A stretch of DNA of 64,000 nt from Octopus vulgaris (taxonomy: Eukaryota): contig OX597823.1 of the NCBI GenBank assembly GCA_951406725.2, positions 116,684,001 to 116,748,000 on the forward strand. Reading direction: 5' to 3'. The notes beneath the pieces are model-generated. The model saw nothing but the letters and a program-made list of their open reading frames with translations, did no database searches and was not told the origin of the DNA. Below are positions 11,684 to 25,111 of the stretch, piece by piece (position 1 is the stretch's first letter; each line of letters starts with the position of its first letter). A program made the position numbers and the translations under genes.

Positions 11684-12039
11684 GCTTCTTACTAGATTCT
11701 ATTTACCAAACTCCGACTCATCAGGAATTGGTCAACCTGAGGCTTTAGTTGAGATGAGACCAAACTCATAATAAATTCTTAAGATAAATTCTTAAAACCA
11801 CAGCTGTATATTTTTTTTTGTGGGTTTTGCAAACTTTTTGAGCCTTTGTGTTAACATGTCTACATTTTTCTTGGAACCTACTTGTATTTCTTGTATATTA
11901 TACTTTTTTGTTCTTCAGGTGTAAATATGTGTCTTAAACATCTGTCTGTGCTTACATCTTATGTGTGTGTGTGTGTGTGTGTTTTGTACATGTCTCTATA
12001 CACATGACCCTCTATGCTTAAATGATATTATTTACTTAT

Positions 12040-12147
12040 GAACATGTTCAAGATTTTTATAACTTCATGTGTTTCTGATTATCCTCCAGTGCATATTGAT
12101 ATATACAAATGCATACATACATACATGTGTGTGTGTATTTATTTGTA

Positions 12148-12183
<36 letters not shown>

Positions 12184-12584
12184 TATGTACATATGTGTGG
12201 GTATGTCTGTATATATGTGAATGCATGTGTGTATATATATATAAATATATATCTATATATATATTCAAATATGTATGTGTATATACACATATATTTCACC
12301 TTGTTTATGTATGTTTACACATTTCTAGATACTCTTATAAATCATTCAATATATACATTGATGTACAAGTGAATGTGCACACATGTAAAATACACATGTA
12401 GATACATATATACACACATATATATATATATATACACACACATGCATATATTTATATATATATATACATACACATGCAAATATATTTATATATATATATA
12501 TATATATATACACATGCATATATTTATATATATATATATATACACATGCATATATTTATATATATATATATATACACATGCATA

Positions 12585-12675
<91 letters not shown>

Positions 12676-13060
12676 GCACATATATAGGCATATGACTATT
12701 GATGACACACACATACGCATATATATATAAATGCTAATATATATATGTGTGTGCGTGTGTATATGTATGTATGAAAAATGAGTAAACAGGTAGTAAATTA
12801 TGAGTATGTATATGATGGTGTATATTTACATATAAAAATATTTCTTCTTGCATATGTGTGTGTATATGTGTGTGCATGTACGTATATATATATATATATG
12901 TATATTTATACACACACATACATAAAAATATGTGTGTGTGTATATATATATACATACATAAATATATATATATGTGTGTGTGTGCATGTATGTATGTATG
13001 TATATATTTATATACACACACACACATACATGCATGCACATGCATACCTTCACACACTGA
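12040..13060. repeat. Compound (TA)/(CA)/(TG) low-complexity tract
   Basis: Direct reading. Confidence 0.9.
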
Positions 13061-13796
13061 TGTTCATGACTTTAAGAATCTTGTGGGTTTTTCTTATTCA
13101 ATTTCTAATTTACTTATTTTGTTTGGTTTTTACTAAAAAAAAGCATCAAAAAGCTTCTAAATGAAAAAAAAAACAAGAAATAAAAGAGGGAAAATCTACT
13201 AGTTTTTTTGTTTTTTTTTAATATATTTTTACATATTTCCAGCAAATTTCTTTTATATAAATACAGTTTGGAATTTCTGTTTCATGAACCTTTTTCATAT
13301 CTTTCTGTTTCCTTTCTCTCCTTATATCTCACCCTATCCATTTGTCTGTCTATCTATCTATCTATCTATATTTATTTTCTCATTTGTTGTTTGCTATTCA
13401 ATCATACTAATTCCATATATAGCCTTCCTCTATTCCTCTTGCCCTCTCTGTCATTTTATTTATCTCTATCTATCTATCTATTTATCTCATTCACTTAATG
13501 ACTGTCTAATATTAAGTGACAAGAAGAGAGAGGAGAAAAAAGGAGAAAGGAAAGACAGGTGAAGAATAGAGAATGAAAGAGAAGATATTATGAAACATAA
13601 GAGAGGAAGAAAGAGAGAGAGAGAGGGCAAAAGAGAAATGAAGAGACTGGGGCAGAGAGAAATGCTTCTGGATAGCAAGAAACAAATGTGATGTCAGAAG
13701 GAGAGTGAAGGAGATGCAAGGAACGGTTGGATGGATAGGCAAACAGAGAGACAGATATACTGGTGTGTCCTTGTATATAAACTCATATTATGAATA

Positions 13797-14412
13797 TAGA
13801 GCAGTCCCTCACCATGTTGTGGTTCACCTATCAAGGTTCACCTATTGTGGTTCACCTATCACGGTTTATTATTTAAGTTTACGTTGATTCCTCTGTGATG
13901 ATGTTTTGCATTTATAATAAAATAAATATAAACAAATTATAAAAGTAACAAGAGCACTCAGAGAGTGCAAACCTCTGCCAAGGCAACACCAACGTCCTCT
14001 CAACGATCAGCCAGGGAGGATTTATAAAATGAGAATATCTGAAATAAACTCAACTGCTCTCACAAATGAGAATACTAAAAGTAAATGCAACCACTCAAAA
14101 ATTAAGTAAAAAGACCAGAAAAATAATCCAGAATCCTTGTCTGGAACCAGATTGATACTAAAATCTAATCAGTTGATGCCAGTCACAAGGCCAAACATCC
14201 CTGAGAGTTTCATCCAAATCCATCCAGCGGTTCTTGAGATATCTTGTCCACAGACAGACAAACAAACACACATGACTGAAAACAATATCTCTGCCTTTGC
14301 TAAAGCAGGAGTAACAAAAAAAATTTAAAGGTACAGTACTGTTTCTACAGATTTTTACCTATCACAGGGGCTTTTGGAACGTAACACCCAGGATAGTCGA
14401 GGGATTATTGTA
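13797..14412. mobile_element. pogo/Tigger-like non-autonomous DNA element (host of a nested insert)
   Basis: Ends ...AGTCCCTC...GGTTCACCTATC repeats / GATAGTCGAGGGATTATTG|TA. Same family as 38087-39313. Confidence 0.6.
13947..14314 (+). mobile_element. Non-autonomous Helentron/HINE-like element
   Basis: AACAAGAG start, TTTCATCCAAATCC...GGTTCTTGAGATATC, ACAG/AAAC short repeats, and a 3' hairpin CTCTGCCTTTGCTAAAGCAGGAG. Confidence 0.55.
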
Positions 14413-15366
14413 CCTACATGTACATACATTTACACATATATATGCACCTACAATGTCCATGCGTACCTCAAGCAGCATGTTTATACTGTATAATTGTGTG
14501 TAAATAATGCAAAATAACAAGAAAACATCAAAAGCATTATCTTTACAAAGAATTGCTGATGTGAAGTCTTGATTCTGGTTTAAGATTTGTTGATTGACCA
14601 TAAAATGTCAGTGCTTTTATGTTCATAACCATTCATCAGAGGATTTTGTGTTGCCATCAATAAATTGGTAAACTGGAGCTTTGACATGCAATTGTAAATA
14701 TCTCTGCTTTTTAGGGTCTCTAAGTATAAACATCCACATCTCCAATGCTCCCATATAGTTTGCACTGGGCTTTTCATATTCTATGCAATGTTGTCTGCAT
14801 ACTTCCTCAAATATCAAAATGTTGTGTGAGTTATTTGAGGACACATTTAGAAACATAGGTGAAAACAAGAACAATTATAAGCTCTCTCTCTCTCGAGAGA
14901 GAAAGAGAGTGAGAGAATCCTCTTCTGGAAAATAAAGAGAATTGACAAAACAAAAATCAATCGGGTAAAATAAAACACTTCCAGCAGTAGTTTCTGCTCT
15001 TGAGGTCAATAACGATGCTAGAATTAGTAAGACATCTCAAGAACTATTTGAGGTATTTTGTCAGTAACCCAAGGGTCACTGAGGATGACTCAGCTGCTGC
15101 AAAAATTCGACACAATTCCAAAGCCCTGTATTCTGTTATCACTTTTTCGCCCATCAGCCCCTTCACAGCAATGTCAAAGATATGGTGGAATGTCTACAGA
15201 AGCAATACTGTTCTCTCCTCAATGATCCTGATACAGTTGACTCAGGCAGTATTGATGAAGTAAATCCTCATCATGTCATCCCTGACATAACTTTTAGCAC
15301 TAAACACATCCTTACAACAATTAATGAAATTTATCTCAATTCTGTTAATGGGTATTCACATATTTA

Positions 15367-15588
15367 AGGCGGCAAGCTGGCAGAAATGTCGGGCGAAATG
15401 CCTAGTGGTATTTCGTCTGCTGCTACGTTCTGAGTTCAAATTCTGCCGAGGTCGACTTTGCCTTTCATCCTTTCGGGGTTGATTAAATAATTACCAGTTA
15501 CGCACTGGGGTCGATATAATCGACTTAATCCGTTTGTCTGTCCTTTTTTGTCCCCTCTGTGTTTAGCCCCTTGTGGGCTGTAAAGAAG
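15367..15588 (+). mobile_element. SINE family A (A1)
   Basis: Family consensus match. Confidence 0.88.
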
Positions 15589-16144
15589 TGGGTACTGACA
15601 TATTCCCTTCAAATGTCTTGGAGGAGTACAAACATCACCTAAAATCTCCTCTGGAAAAAATTGATGACCCCAAGTTTTATACCTAAACAATTTCTGTACC
15701 ACTTTTTTTAAAGAGAAGAATAAGTCACTTGCAGTGAAAGACCATCTGACTTCATTAGCTTTTCATGCCATTAAGGTATTCAGTGGGGGTGGGGTAAGAT
15801 CCAAAATAACAGCCTTTTCTAGAAAAAAAAGAAATCATCTCAAAGAACCCACTCAGTATGGTTTTTATGATTGTAGAGACTGCCTAACATTTTAGTGGCA
15901 TTCTAAATGCTCTGGGAAAAGATTTCAATACAGATGTCATTTCCCTCAACTTCAATAAACCTTTCAACAGAGAAGACTACAGCATTCTGCTGAAGAAATT
16001 ATCCAACGCAGGAATCCATTGAATGCTACTGCAGTGGGGTAAATGTTTGCTGACAAACAGGAACCAACATGTTGGGACTGACAAAATTTACTCAAGACTA
16101 GCAAAAGTCATCAGTGGTGTCCTTCAGGTTATTGTTTTGGGCTC

Positions 16145-16518
16145 ACAGCTTTTTATCGTGTACACAAATATCAAATGGAAATTGTAGTTGTGGTACCTGT
16201 GCCGGTGGCATGTAAAATGCACCATCCAAACGTGGCCGATGCCAGCGCCACCTTGACTGGCTTCTGTGCCGGTGGCACGTAAAAAGCACCAACTGATTGT
16301 GGCTCCTACCAACCTCCCCTGGCACCTGTGCTGGTGGCACGTAAAAAGCACCCACTTCACTCACGGAGTGGTTGGCATTAGGAAGGGCATCCAGCTATAA
16401 AAACACTGCCAGATCACACTGGAGCCTGGCGCAGCCTTCTGGTTTCTGAGACCCCCGGTCAAACCATCCAACCCGTACTAGCATGGAAAACGGACGTTAA
16501 ATGATGATGATGATGATG
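16145..16518 (+). mobile_element. RTE 3'UTR-derived element (family D) with (GAT)n tail
   Basis: Three TGTGCYGGTGGCAYGTAAAA.GCACC units, ending GGAAAACGGACGTTAAATGATGATGAT. Confidence 0.85.
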
Positions 16519-16661
16519 ACAAATGACATTGCAAATGTCATTCAACAGAGTAAAATAAAACATTTTGCTGCTAATCCGAAACTCTAGAATGTCATCTGTG
16601 ACTTGAAAGATCTCCAATCTGATCAATGGGGTGTAAATTGATTGGTGACAAACAAGAAATA

Positions 16662-16872
16662 CAAGAGGTGCTGAACAGTTCCTGGGTTTGGGTGAAAGAA
16701 AATAGAGGAGGATCAGTTAATTATGATTTTATTCAAAATATTTCCTTCTCAAATTCACACACTTATTGCAATGGTCCTTTCAGTTTTTTCTAAGCCCTGT
16801 ACAAAAGATTGGACCACCAACTAGGCCTTTCATGATAACCTGAAAGCCAGGAACCTTTTAGCATCTCCTCAC
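16662..16872. mobile_element. Short mariner-type MITE
   Basis: TIR-like ends GAGGTGCTGAACAGTTCCTGG.TTT / AAAGCCAGGAACCTTTTAGCATCTCCTC. Confidence 0.6.
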
Positions 16873-17434
16873 AATCAGTTACTCAACAAGGAAAAGAATG
16901 TAACTTCATTCAATTTGTGGGAGGGAATATACTTAAACAGCCAAACTGTCTTCCTTTGGAAGAGTTCATCATAAAATATCAAAGAGTTTGGTGTAATTAT
17001 GGACAACCTCAGCTTAATACACACATCAACAATAAAAAGTCAATTGGCCTGCAGAATATGCTGATGGGTCCTTTGAACTCTCCACTATAGAGATCTTGAT
17101 GCCATCATCCATCATCCATCTCCTTCATCACACCTTGAATGCTGCTACCCAGTGTGGTCCCCATAAACAAGGTGTAACATTGTGAGAATTGAAGCATGCC
17201 AGGAGTCCATCACAAATATAAAAGTGAAGCATAATGAACTGAATGGTAGGCTTTAATTACTGGGATGACCACAAAAAGCTCAAAGTCTGTCGTCTCTAAT
17301 GTTGCCATGAGAAGTACATTATTTGCAGGTGGAAAACATTCCATCAACATACGCATGTGTGTGAGTGTGTATGTATGTAGTTGCTGCAGGTGGCTCTCCA
17401 TGTTTCACAGCTATATAAAAGCACAGATTTTATT

Positions 17435-17486
<52 letters not shown>

Positions 17487-17744
17487 AATACATATATAAA
17501 ATAATCATTTTAATGCCCACATTTCCATACTTGCATGGGTCAGATAGATTATTCACCAAGGTTTTCTAGGGCCAATTGCCCATCCTGTTGCCAACCCACA
17601 CTTCTTTCCAGATGAAGTAATACAGCCAGGCATGTCCCCACAAGATATTAAAAATGAATGACATTGCTTAAATGACAACTGTTATGCAATATCAAGACAA
17701 AGAAACCCAAAGGTACACACACACACACACACATACACGAACAT

Positions 17745-17895
17745 CTTTCAGTTTCCATCTACCAACTTCACTGACAACACTGTGGTTGGCCCAGGGCTAT
17801 AGTAGAAGACACTTTCCCAAGGTGTCACACAGTGGGACTGAAACCAGGACCATGTGGTTGGGAAGCAAGCTTCTTACCACACAATCACTCCTGCA
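17745..17895 (-). mobile_element. SINE family B, 5' half
   Basis: Reverse complement of the B head and core. Confidence 0.8.
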
Positions 17896-17909
17896 TATAA
17901 ATATCTGTA

Positions 17910-18024
17910 ACTATATATGTATGTGTATATATATATACATATATATACATATATATATATATACATATATATATATACATATATATATACATATACATAT
18001 ACATATATATACATATACATATAC

Positions 18025-18073
<49 letters not shown>

Positions 18074-18092
18074 CATATATATATACATATAC

Positions 18093-18167
<75 letters not shown>

Positions 18168-18200
18168 TATACACATATATACATATATATATATATAGGT
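17910..18200. repeat. (TA)n/(TACA)n microsatellite
   Basis: Direct reading. Confidence 0.95.
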
Positions 18201-18572
18201 GTCTTTCGACTATGGACAAATTAAATTAAGATATATATATATATATTTGGTGCTGGTCACTGGCTTAGCATCTCCAGTTAAACCATTTAACCCATGGCAG
18301 CATGGAAAGTAGATGCTAAATGATGATGAGGATGTGTGTGTGCATGTGTGTATATTTATATGTGTGTTTATGCTTGTGTATATATGTGTGTGTGTGTGTA
18401 TATGCCTGTATGTATGAATATATATATACATGTGTATATATACATGTATATATATATATATATTAATAGTTATCGACAAGCTACAATGGCAGTCTGGAAA
18501 TATAGGCCAAATGCTGCTGTTGATTAGCTCCAAGAGGCCATTGCCTCTAGCTAGCTATGTGACACAGGAACC

Positions 18573-18637
<65 letters not shown>

Positions 18638-19400
18638 ATATATATGATGATGATATATGAAAGATGTTGCTGAATTTCATGATGTCATTGGAATATATGT
18701 AAGCTTAAACATATAAATATTTATGTACTTTTATAATATATAAGTATATAACTGTGTGTGTGTGTGCGTGTAATTGTGAGGGTATGTGTGTGTGTTTGAG
18801 AGTGTGTGAGTACATATATATATATATATATATTGAACTGTCCAACCCATGCTAGCATGGAAAGCGGACACTAAATGATGATGATGATATATATATATAT
18901 ATATATATATAAATGCGTGTGTATATATATGTATTGCTCACCATCTCTGTATCTCTTTCACACATATGCATGCACACCCACTCATGAAAACTCACACACA
19001 CACACACACACATACACATATACATACTCATTTGCCATACTTATTCGTATATGTACATTTATGGCCACATTTTATGTGAACATAAATATTCACATGCCCT
19101 TTTATGGTCACTGACATGTGCATAAACCTCCAAGCAAATGTATAAATAAACACATGGACACATGTGTATATATGTGTGTGCGTATGCAGACATGCTCTGC
19201 TGCATAAAACACCAATTATTCAAAAATGCAAAGTATAAAAAAATCAAAAACAGCATAAAATACAGAGATCCCACATACATTGACGCTCACAAAGGTGTAC
19301 AAATGCTTGTATACATCAAATTTATTGATATACAAATGTATAAATATACCACTGGTATGTTTGGTTACTGCATATATTTATTGAGCATGAATCAATATAT

Positions 19401-19544
19401 ATCATCATCATCATCATCGTTTAACGTCCGCTTTCCATGCTAGCATGGGTTGGACGGTTCAACTGGGGTCTGGGGAGCCCGAAGGCTGCACCAGGCCAGT
19501 CAGATCTGGCAGTGTTTCTACAGCTGGATGCCCTTCCTAACGCC

Positions 19545-19545
<1 letters not shown>
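19401..19545 (-). mobile_element. Family D (RTE 3' end), short copy
   Basis: (CAT)n CGTTTAACGTCCGCTTTCCATGCTAGC...GGATGCCCTTCCTAACGCC. Confidence 0.85.
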
Positions 19546-19577
<32 letters not shown>

Positions 19578-19629
19578 TATATATATATACACACACATAT
19601 GTATGTATATATATACATATGTGTATATT

Positions 19630-20043
19630 ACTCTTTTCTCTTTTACTCTTTTACTTGTTTCAGTCATTTGACTGCGGCCATGCTGGAGCACTGCCTTTAA
19701 TCGAGCAACTCGACCCCGGAACTTATTCTTTTGTAAGCCCAGTACTTATTCTATCGGTCTCTTTTGCCGAACCGCTAAGTAACGGGGACCTAAACACACC
19801 AGCATCGGTTGTCAAGCAATGCTAGGGGGAGAAACACAGACACACAAATACACACATGCACATACATATATATACATATATACGACAGGCTTCTTTCAGT
19901 TTCCGTCTACCAAATCTACTCACGAGGCTTTGGTCGGCCTGAGGCTATAGTAGAAGACACTTGCCCAAGGTGCCACGCAGTGGGACTGAACCCGGAACCA
20001 TGTGGTTGGTAAACAAGCTACTTACCACACAGCCACTCCTGCG

Positions 20044-20046
<3 letters not shown>
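19630..20046 (-). mobile_element. SINE family B, full length
   Basis: Near-consensus and CpG-rich. Confidence 0.92.
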
Positions 20047-20076
<30 letters not shown>

Positions 20077-20229
20077 CACACATATGTATGTATATGTATA
20101 TATATATATACATATGTATATGTATATATATATATATACATATGTATGTATATGTATATATATATACATATGTATATATATGTATATATATATATATATA
20201 CATATGTATGTAAATGTATATATATATTC

Positions 20230-20274
<45 letters not shown>

Positions 20275-20389
20275 TGTATTTATATGTATATACACACACA
20301 TATGTATATATATATATGTATATACACACATATGTATATATATGCATATATATACATATGTATATATGTATACATATGTATATATATAT

Positions 20390-21285
20390 GTAGAGGACAA
20401 CAACATGCAGTTTAATGCAGGTAAGTTCCGGGCCCTGTACTACTGGCACACAAAGGTAAACGACATGCAGACTGGATACACTGGCCCAGGAAGAATTGCA
20501 ATCCCTGAGTCAAAATCAGTGCGTGACCTGGGCATTGACATGAGCAATGATGCATCTTTCCAAGTGCATATTGCTAATCTGGTGATAAAATGCAGACGGC
20601 CAGCTGGATGGATTCTCCGAACTTTCAGAACAAGAGAGAAGGAGACACTGATGGTCCTCTGGAAAACATTCATCCTCAGCCGCTTGGACTACTGCTCCCA
20701 ACTATGGTGACCACACAATATAAAACTAACAGCAGAACTCGAAGCAATTCAAAGAAACTACACAAAGAAGATCGTCTCAATGCAAAATATCAGCTACTGG
20801 GAAAGACTGAAGGTATTAAACCTCTTCTCCCTAGAGCGGAGGCGGGAGAGATATGCGGTGATATACATCTGGAAAATCCTGGAGGGTCTTGTCCCAAACT
20901 TTGGCATTCAAAGTTACCCCAACCGCAGAATGGGGCGCCACTGCATGGTGCCAAAGATTCCAACATTACCATCAAAATACAGGTCCAGATACTGCAACAG
21001 CTTGGGTTTCAGAGGACCACAGCTCTTTAACATCCTCCCTAAATGCCTGAGAGACTTACATGGTGTGGATGTGGGTTTCTTTAAAATTAACCTGGATCTC
21101 TTCTTGTTGGGAGTCCCAGATGAACCTACCTCACGACAGGAGACACGGATGCGGGCAGCAGCATCGAACTCCCTTGTTGATCAAGTGCCACGTATCAGAG
21201 GTGGATTCACATATTAGTGTAGCTCATTCAGCGGTGGTGCCTCAGCATGGCCGCGGCCTTCGGGCTAAAACATTTTAAAGGATTT
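20390..21285 (+). mobile_element. 5'-truncated CR1/L2-group LINE 3' end
   Basis: [10 protein letters not shown]...VRDLGIDMS...[13 protein letters not shown]...SYWERLKVLNLFSLERRRERY, with one in-frame stop. The 3'UTR ends CAGCATGGCCGCGGCCTTCGGGCTAAAAC. Confidence 0.92.
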
Positions 21286-21564
21286 ATGTGTATATATATG
21301 TATATGTATATATGTATACATATGTATATATATGTATATATATGTATACATATGTATATATATGTATATATATGTATACATATGTGTATATATATAAAAG
21401 TATACATATATATATAGATGTATATATATGTATACATATATATAAAAGTATACATATATATATAGATGTATATATATGTATACATATATATAAATATATA
21501 TAAAAGTATACATATATATATATAGATGTGTGTATGTATATATATATATATATATACACACACA

Positions 21565-21690
21565 CAGTGTGATTCAAAAGTCGCCATACATAAGAACAAT
21601 TTATTTTTTTATCAGAAACATTTTTTTATTGAACTGTTTCTTATAAAAAAATAAATTTTTCCTATGTATGTTGACTTTAGAATCCTTCTG
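21565..21690. mobile_element. Tc1/mariner-type MITE (~126 bp)
   Basis: Imperfect TIRs CAGTGTGATTCAAAAGTCGCCATACATA / TATGTATGTTGACTTTAGAATCCTTCTG|TA. Confidence 0.65.
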
Positions 21691-21695
21691 TATAC

Positions 21696-21730
<35 letters not shown>

Positions 21731-21731
<1 letters not shown>

Positions 21732-23063
21732 AGTGTGGGGCAGAGGGGATGGACGTTTTTGAAAAATTCACAAAATCATTAATTTTAACTTCAAGCAAAT
21801 TTTATTGATATCAGTGTGTTTGTATTGAATTAGCATTTGTCAAAATTAAAGTGTGGGAAACAACATTCATCCATCATGTGGTGTCTGTTTTCACTGATGC
21901 ATTTCTGAAGGTATTCTTGGAAATTGGCCTCCACTCTCTCCAGCATTGCTCTGTTGATTTGGGCCACTTCCATGAGAATAGCTTCCTTGAAATTGTCCAA
22001 TGTATTGGGCTTATGCACATACACACATGCCTTGAGGTTTCCCCACAAGAACTAATCACACATGGACAAATCAGGGGACTGAGACTGCCAAGGAATGTCA
22101 GCAAACCTGGAAATGTGGCAGTCACCGAAGAGAGGGCAAAGAATGCCCATTGATGCTCTGGTTGTGTGGGCCATTGCCCTATCCTGCTGAAACCACCCAC
22201 ATCGCATAGGCATATGTTTTCATTGTAATTCAGGCACAAAGATGTTGTTTATCATCTCAATGTAATGCTCAGAGTTCACAGTAACAGCATTTCCATTACT
22301 GTCTTCAAAAAAGTAAGGACCAATGAAGGCAGCTTTTCCAACAGCTCACAAGACCATCATTTTTGGGCTGTGCAGTGGTCTCTCATGCAGATCTCTCAGA
22401 TTTTCAAGAGCCCAATAACAACAGTTCTGTTGATTCAACATACCATTGAGATGAAAATGCGCTTTATCACATGAGGTTTCATTTGCCTAAATAATTGCTT
22501 TCATCTGATATGCAAAGTTAATCACTGTGCATAGTCCCATGGTTTCAACGTTTGCCCAATGACCAATTTGTATGGGTGAAAATGCAAGTCTTCATGCAAC
22601 ATACATCTTGCTGATCAATTACCAATGCCAAGTTTAGTGGAATGCCTTCAAGCAGAGTGATTCGGATTCTGTATCAAAGCTTGTCTGACGTGTCCCACAT
22701 TTTCCAGGGTCTGCACCACTAGTGGTGCCCCCACTGGTTTCCTTTTCATTAGTGTACCTCATGTACGAAGCACATTCACCCAACATAAGATTGTGTTATG
22801 GGTGAGAACAGCCTGATTTATCTAAATGTTGAAGTGGCACCGAAACTCACACTGAACTGCTGTGACAGATTCGTTCTTCTTCACATAACTGTCATAGGCA
22901 AACACACAATGCTGTATCATCCCTAGTACCATGGCTTCACCTGAAAAGAAAAAAAATGCTAAGACACCACAGCCCAAATCGTACCTGTCAGACATATATC
23001 CCTCTCCTACAGGCTAAGTAATAGCCATTTCAAATACGTCCATCCTCTCTCTACCCCACCTTG
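21731..23063 (-). mobile_element. Full-length but decayed Tc1/mariner transposon (~1.33 kb)
   Basis: TA-flanked TIRs CAGTGTGGGGCAGAGGGGATGGACGTTTTTGAAA / TTTCAAATACGTCCATCCTCTCTCTACCCCACCTTG. Minus-strand remnants FQQD, PDLS.CD..LWGNLKACVYVHKPNTLDNFKEAI...FQEYLQKCISENRHH. Confidence 0.9.
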
Positions 23064-23214
23064 TATATATATATATATCTTCTGTAAATAATAATAGTAT
23101 TTTATAAGCTTAAAGCTTATAAGCGATCACCACACAACGACTAAAGAAAATAGTCCAATAATGGGGCATATAAGCCCTTGACAGGAAACCCTAACCTTAA
23201 CCCCTATACACACA

Positions 23215-23271
<57 letters not shown>

Positions 23272-23832
23272 ACTTCAAAATAAATAATGGAGAATAATTT
23301 ATCTTCAAAATTTATCTTTTAAAGCATTTTCTTCATATTAGAAGAAAATACTTTAATAAATTTTGAAAATGCATTATTCTCCATTCTTCATCTTGATGTC
23401 TTGATTATATACATAATTCATGTTATGTATTTATATTTAAGTGAATGGATGGATGAGGAATGCATAGAAATTGCAATACCAATAAATGAAAGAAGAGAAA
23501 ATATATTAAAATGATGATCATCATCACCATCATTTAGCAATTATTTAAGAATTACTGGACAATCAGAGTTTATGCTTTAAGATTAAATTTCAAAGGTTAT
23601 CATTATACATTTCAAAAAATCCTAAAAGTGGAAAATATAGAAATTGTAAAATTCTGCTTAAATGAATGAGTATATAAATATGTAAATAAACGGTTCATTA
23701 TATAAATAGATAGATTTGAGGTATTAAATTGATGTTATAACTATTGAGCTATGACGGTTCTTTCACAAGTACAGATGATAATGAATAGAAAATGAGTCCG
23801 TAGACATTTGGGGATATAGGGAACATATCAGC

Positions 23833-23865
<33 letters not shown>

Positions 23866-24726
23866 ATCTATGGCATTGTATATTTGGATTTAGAATATAG
23901 AATAGAGGTCCTAGATGTGGGTATTATAATGATAGTATGTAATATCGGATCTGGGCTATGGATATTAAAAGGTATGGTATACAGAATGTGGGCTGTGGTT
24001 TTTGTATGACAGTTTTCATTTTTGTTAACATATAGATGGTCTTTAGTTGATTTTAGGGAACATGGGCATAGATGATATTGTTATCAGTTTTAAAATATTT
24101 TGTAGGTACTTAGGCCTGTGCTTATGAAGGAAGATTAGCTTAGACTTTAATTACAGTGTTGGTTCACAATGGAACAATATGGTGAACTACTTTGGAATAC
24201 ACATGTTGCTATCGCCATTCTAATCATGTTTTAACATTGTCTGTGATTCCCACTTGGAGTTATTGCTAATGTCTTGTTGGTCTTTCGGTCACCATATGTA
24301 TCTAGATAAGCTGCTGCATATTCTTCTGTTGATGTTTTTTGAGGGTGTGTGTTTGTAGAATCATTGAACACATATATGTTGTCATTATCAGAGTGTGTTG
24401 TCTGATTTTTGAAGGCAAAGACCATCACACAGAGGATTTATGAAACTAATGAAACTGCATATTAAGAAAGAGTCAGTTGTTGCTGCGTGATTAATTTGAG
24501 TAGAGTCTTTTTTATTCTGCATGGAATCGAAGTTTGATGTGAAGCTGTAACGTAGTTTTATGTTGTTTCTTTTAAATACTTTGTGGTTGTTGGCGGTAGG
24601 TGTATCACAGTAAAAAGATTATGGGCAAGGTTTGTCTGGGCATTACAAGTTCAGAAAGGAATGGGGCCCTAGTATTTTGCATTTATTTTGTTTAAGGAAT
24701 CTTTGTTATTTGTAGTGTTACATATT

Positions 24727-25111
24727 CTTTTCTACTCTAGGCACAAGACCCAACATTTTGGGGGAGGGGGCCAGTCGATTAGATCGACCTCAGTACACAA
24801 CTGGTACTTAATTTATCGACCCCAAAAGGATGAAAGGCAAGGTCAACCTCGGCAGAATTTGAACTCAGAACATAAAGACAGATGAAATACCTATTTCTTT
24901 ACTACCCACAAGGGGCTAAACACAGAGGGGACAAACAAGGACAGACAAATGGAATAAGTCGATTATATTGACCCCAGTGCATAACTGGTACTTATTTAAT
25001 CGACCCCAAAAGGATGAAAGGCAAAGTCGACCTCAGCAGAATTTGAACTCACAACATAAATACCACTAAACATTTCGCTTGTCATGCTAGCGTTTCTGCC
25101 AGCTCACCACC
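24727..25111 (-). mobile_element. Dimeric SINE family A (A1 monomer plus headless A2 monomer)
   Basis: Two cores in tandem with a single TSD, TTTGTAGTGTTACATATT, at 24709-24726 and 25112-25129. Confidence 0.88.

Larger units (their letters stand above)
15040..17300 (+). mobile_element. Old CR1/L2-group LINE ORF2 remnant interrupted by three younger insertions
   Basis: Degenerate RT motifs: DVISLNFNKPF...ILLKKLSNAGI...KCLLTNRNQHV...ISGVLQVIVLG (~15930-16145) and NDIANVIQQSKIKHFAA (16521-16575). Confidence 0.75.

Noticed and set aside
14500-14874. Possible Mutator/Kolobok-like transposase remnant (minus strand, ...YQFIDGNTKS)
   Set aside because: Only a vague resemblance to a GDGD.K motif and no TIRs found. 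Too weak to call without a search.
16145-16360. Repeat-spacer pattern resembling a CRISPR array
   Set aside because: Eukaryotic context, only three units, spacers related between dispersed copies, and no cas genes. It is an RTE 3'UTR.
19961-20710. 249-aa ORF, the longest in the window
   Set aside because: Chance read-through of antisense SINE, TA microsatellite and a LINE fragment.
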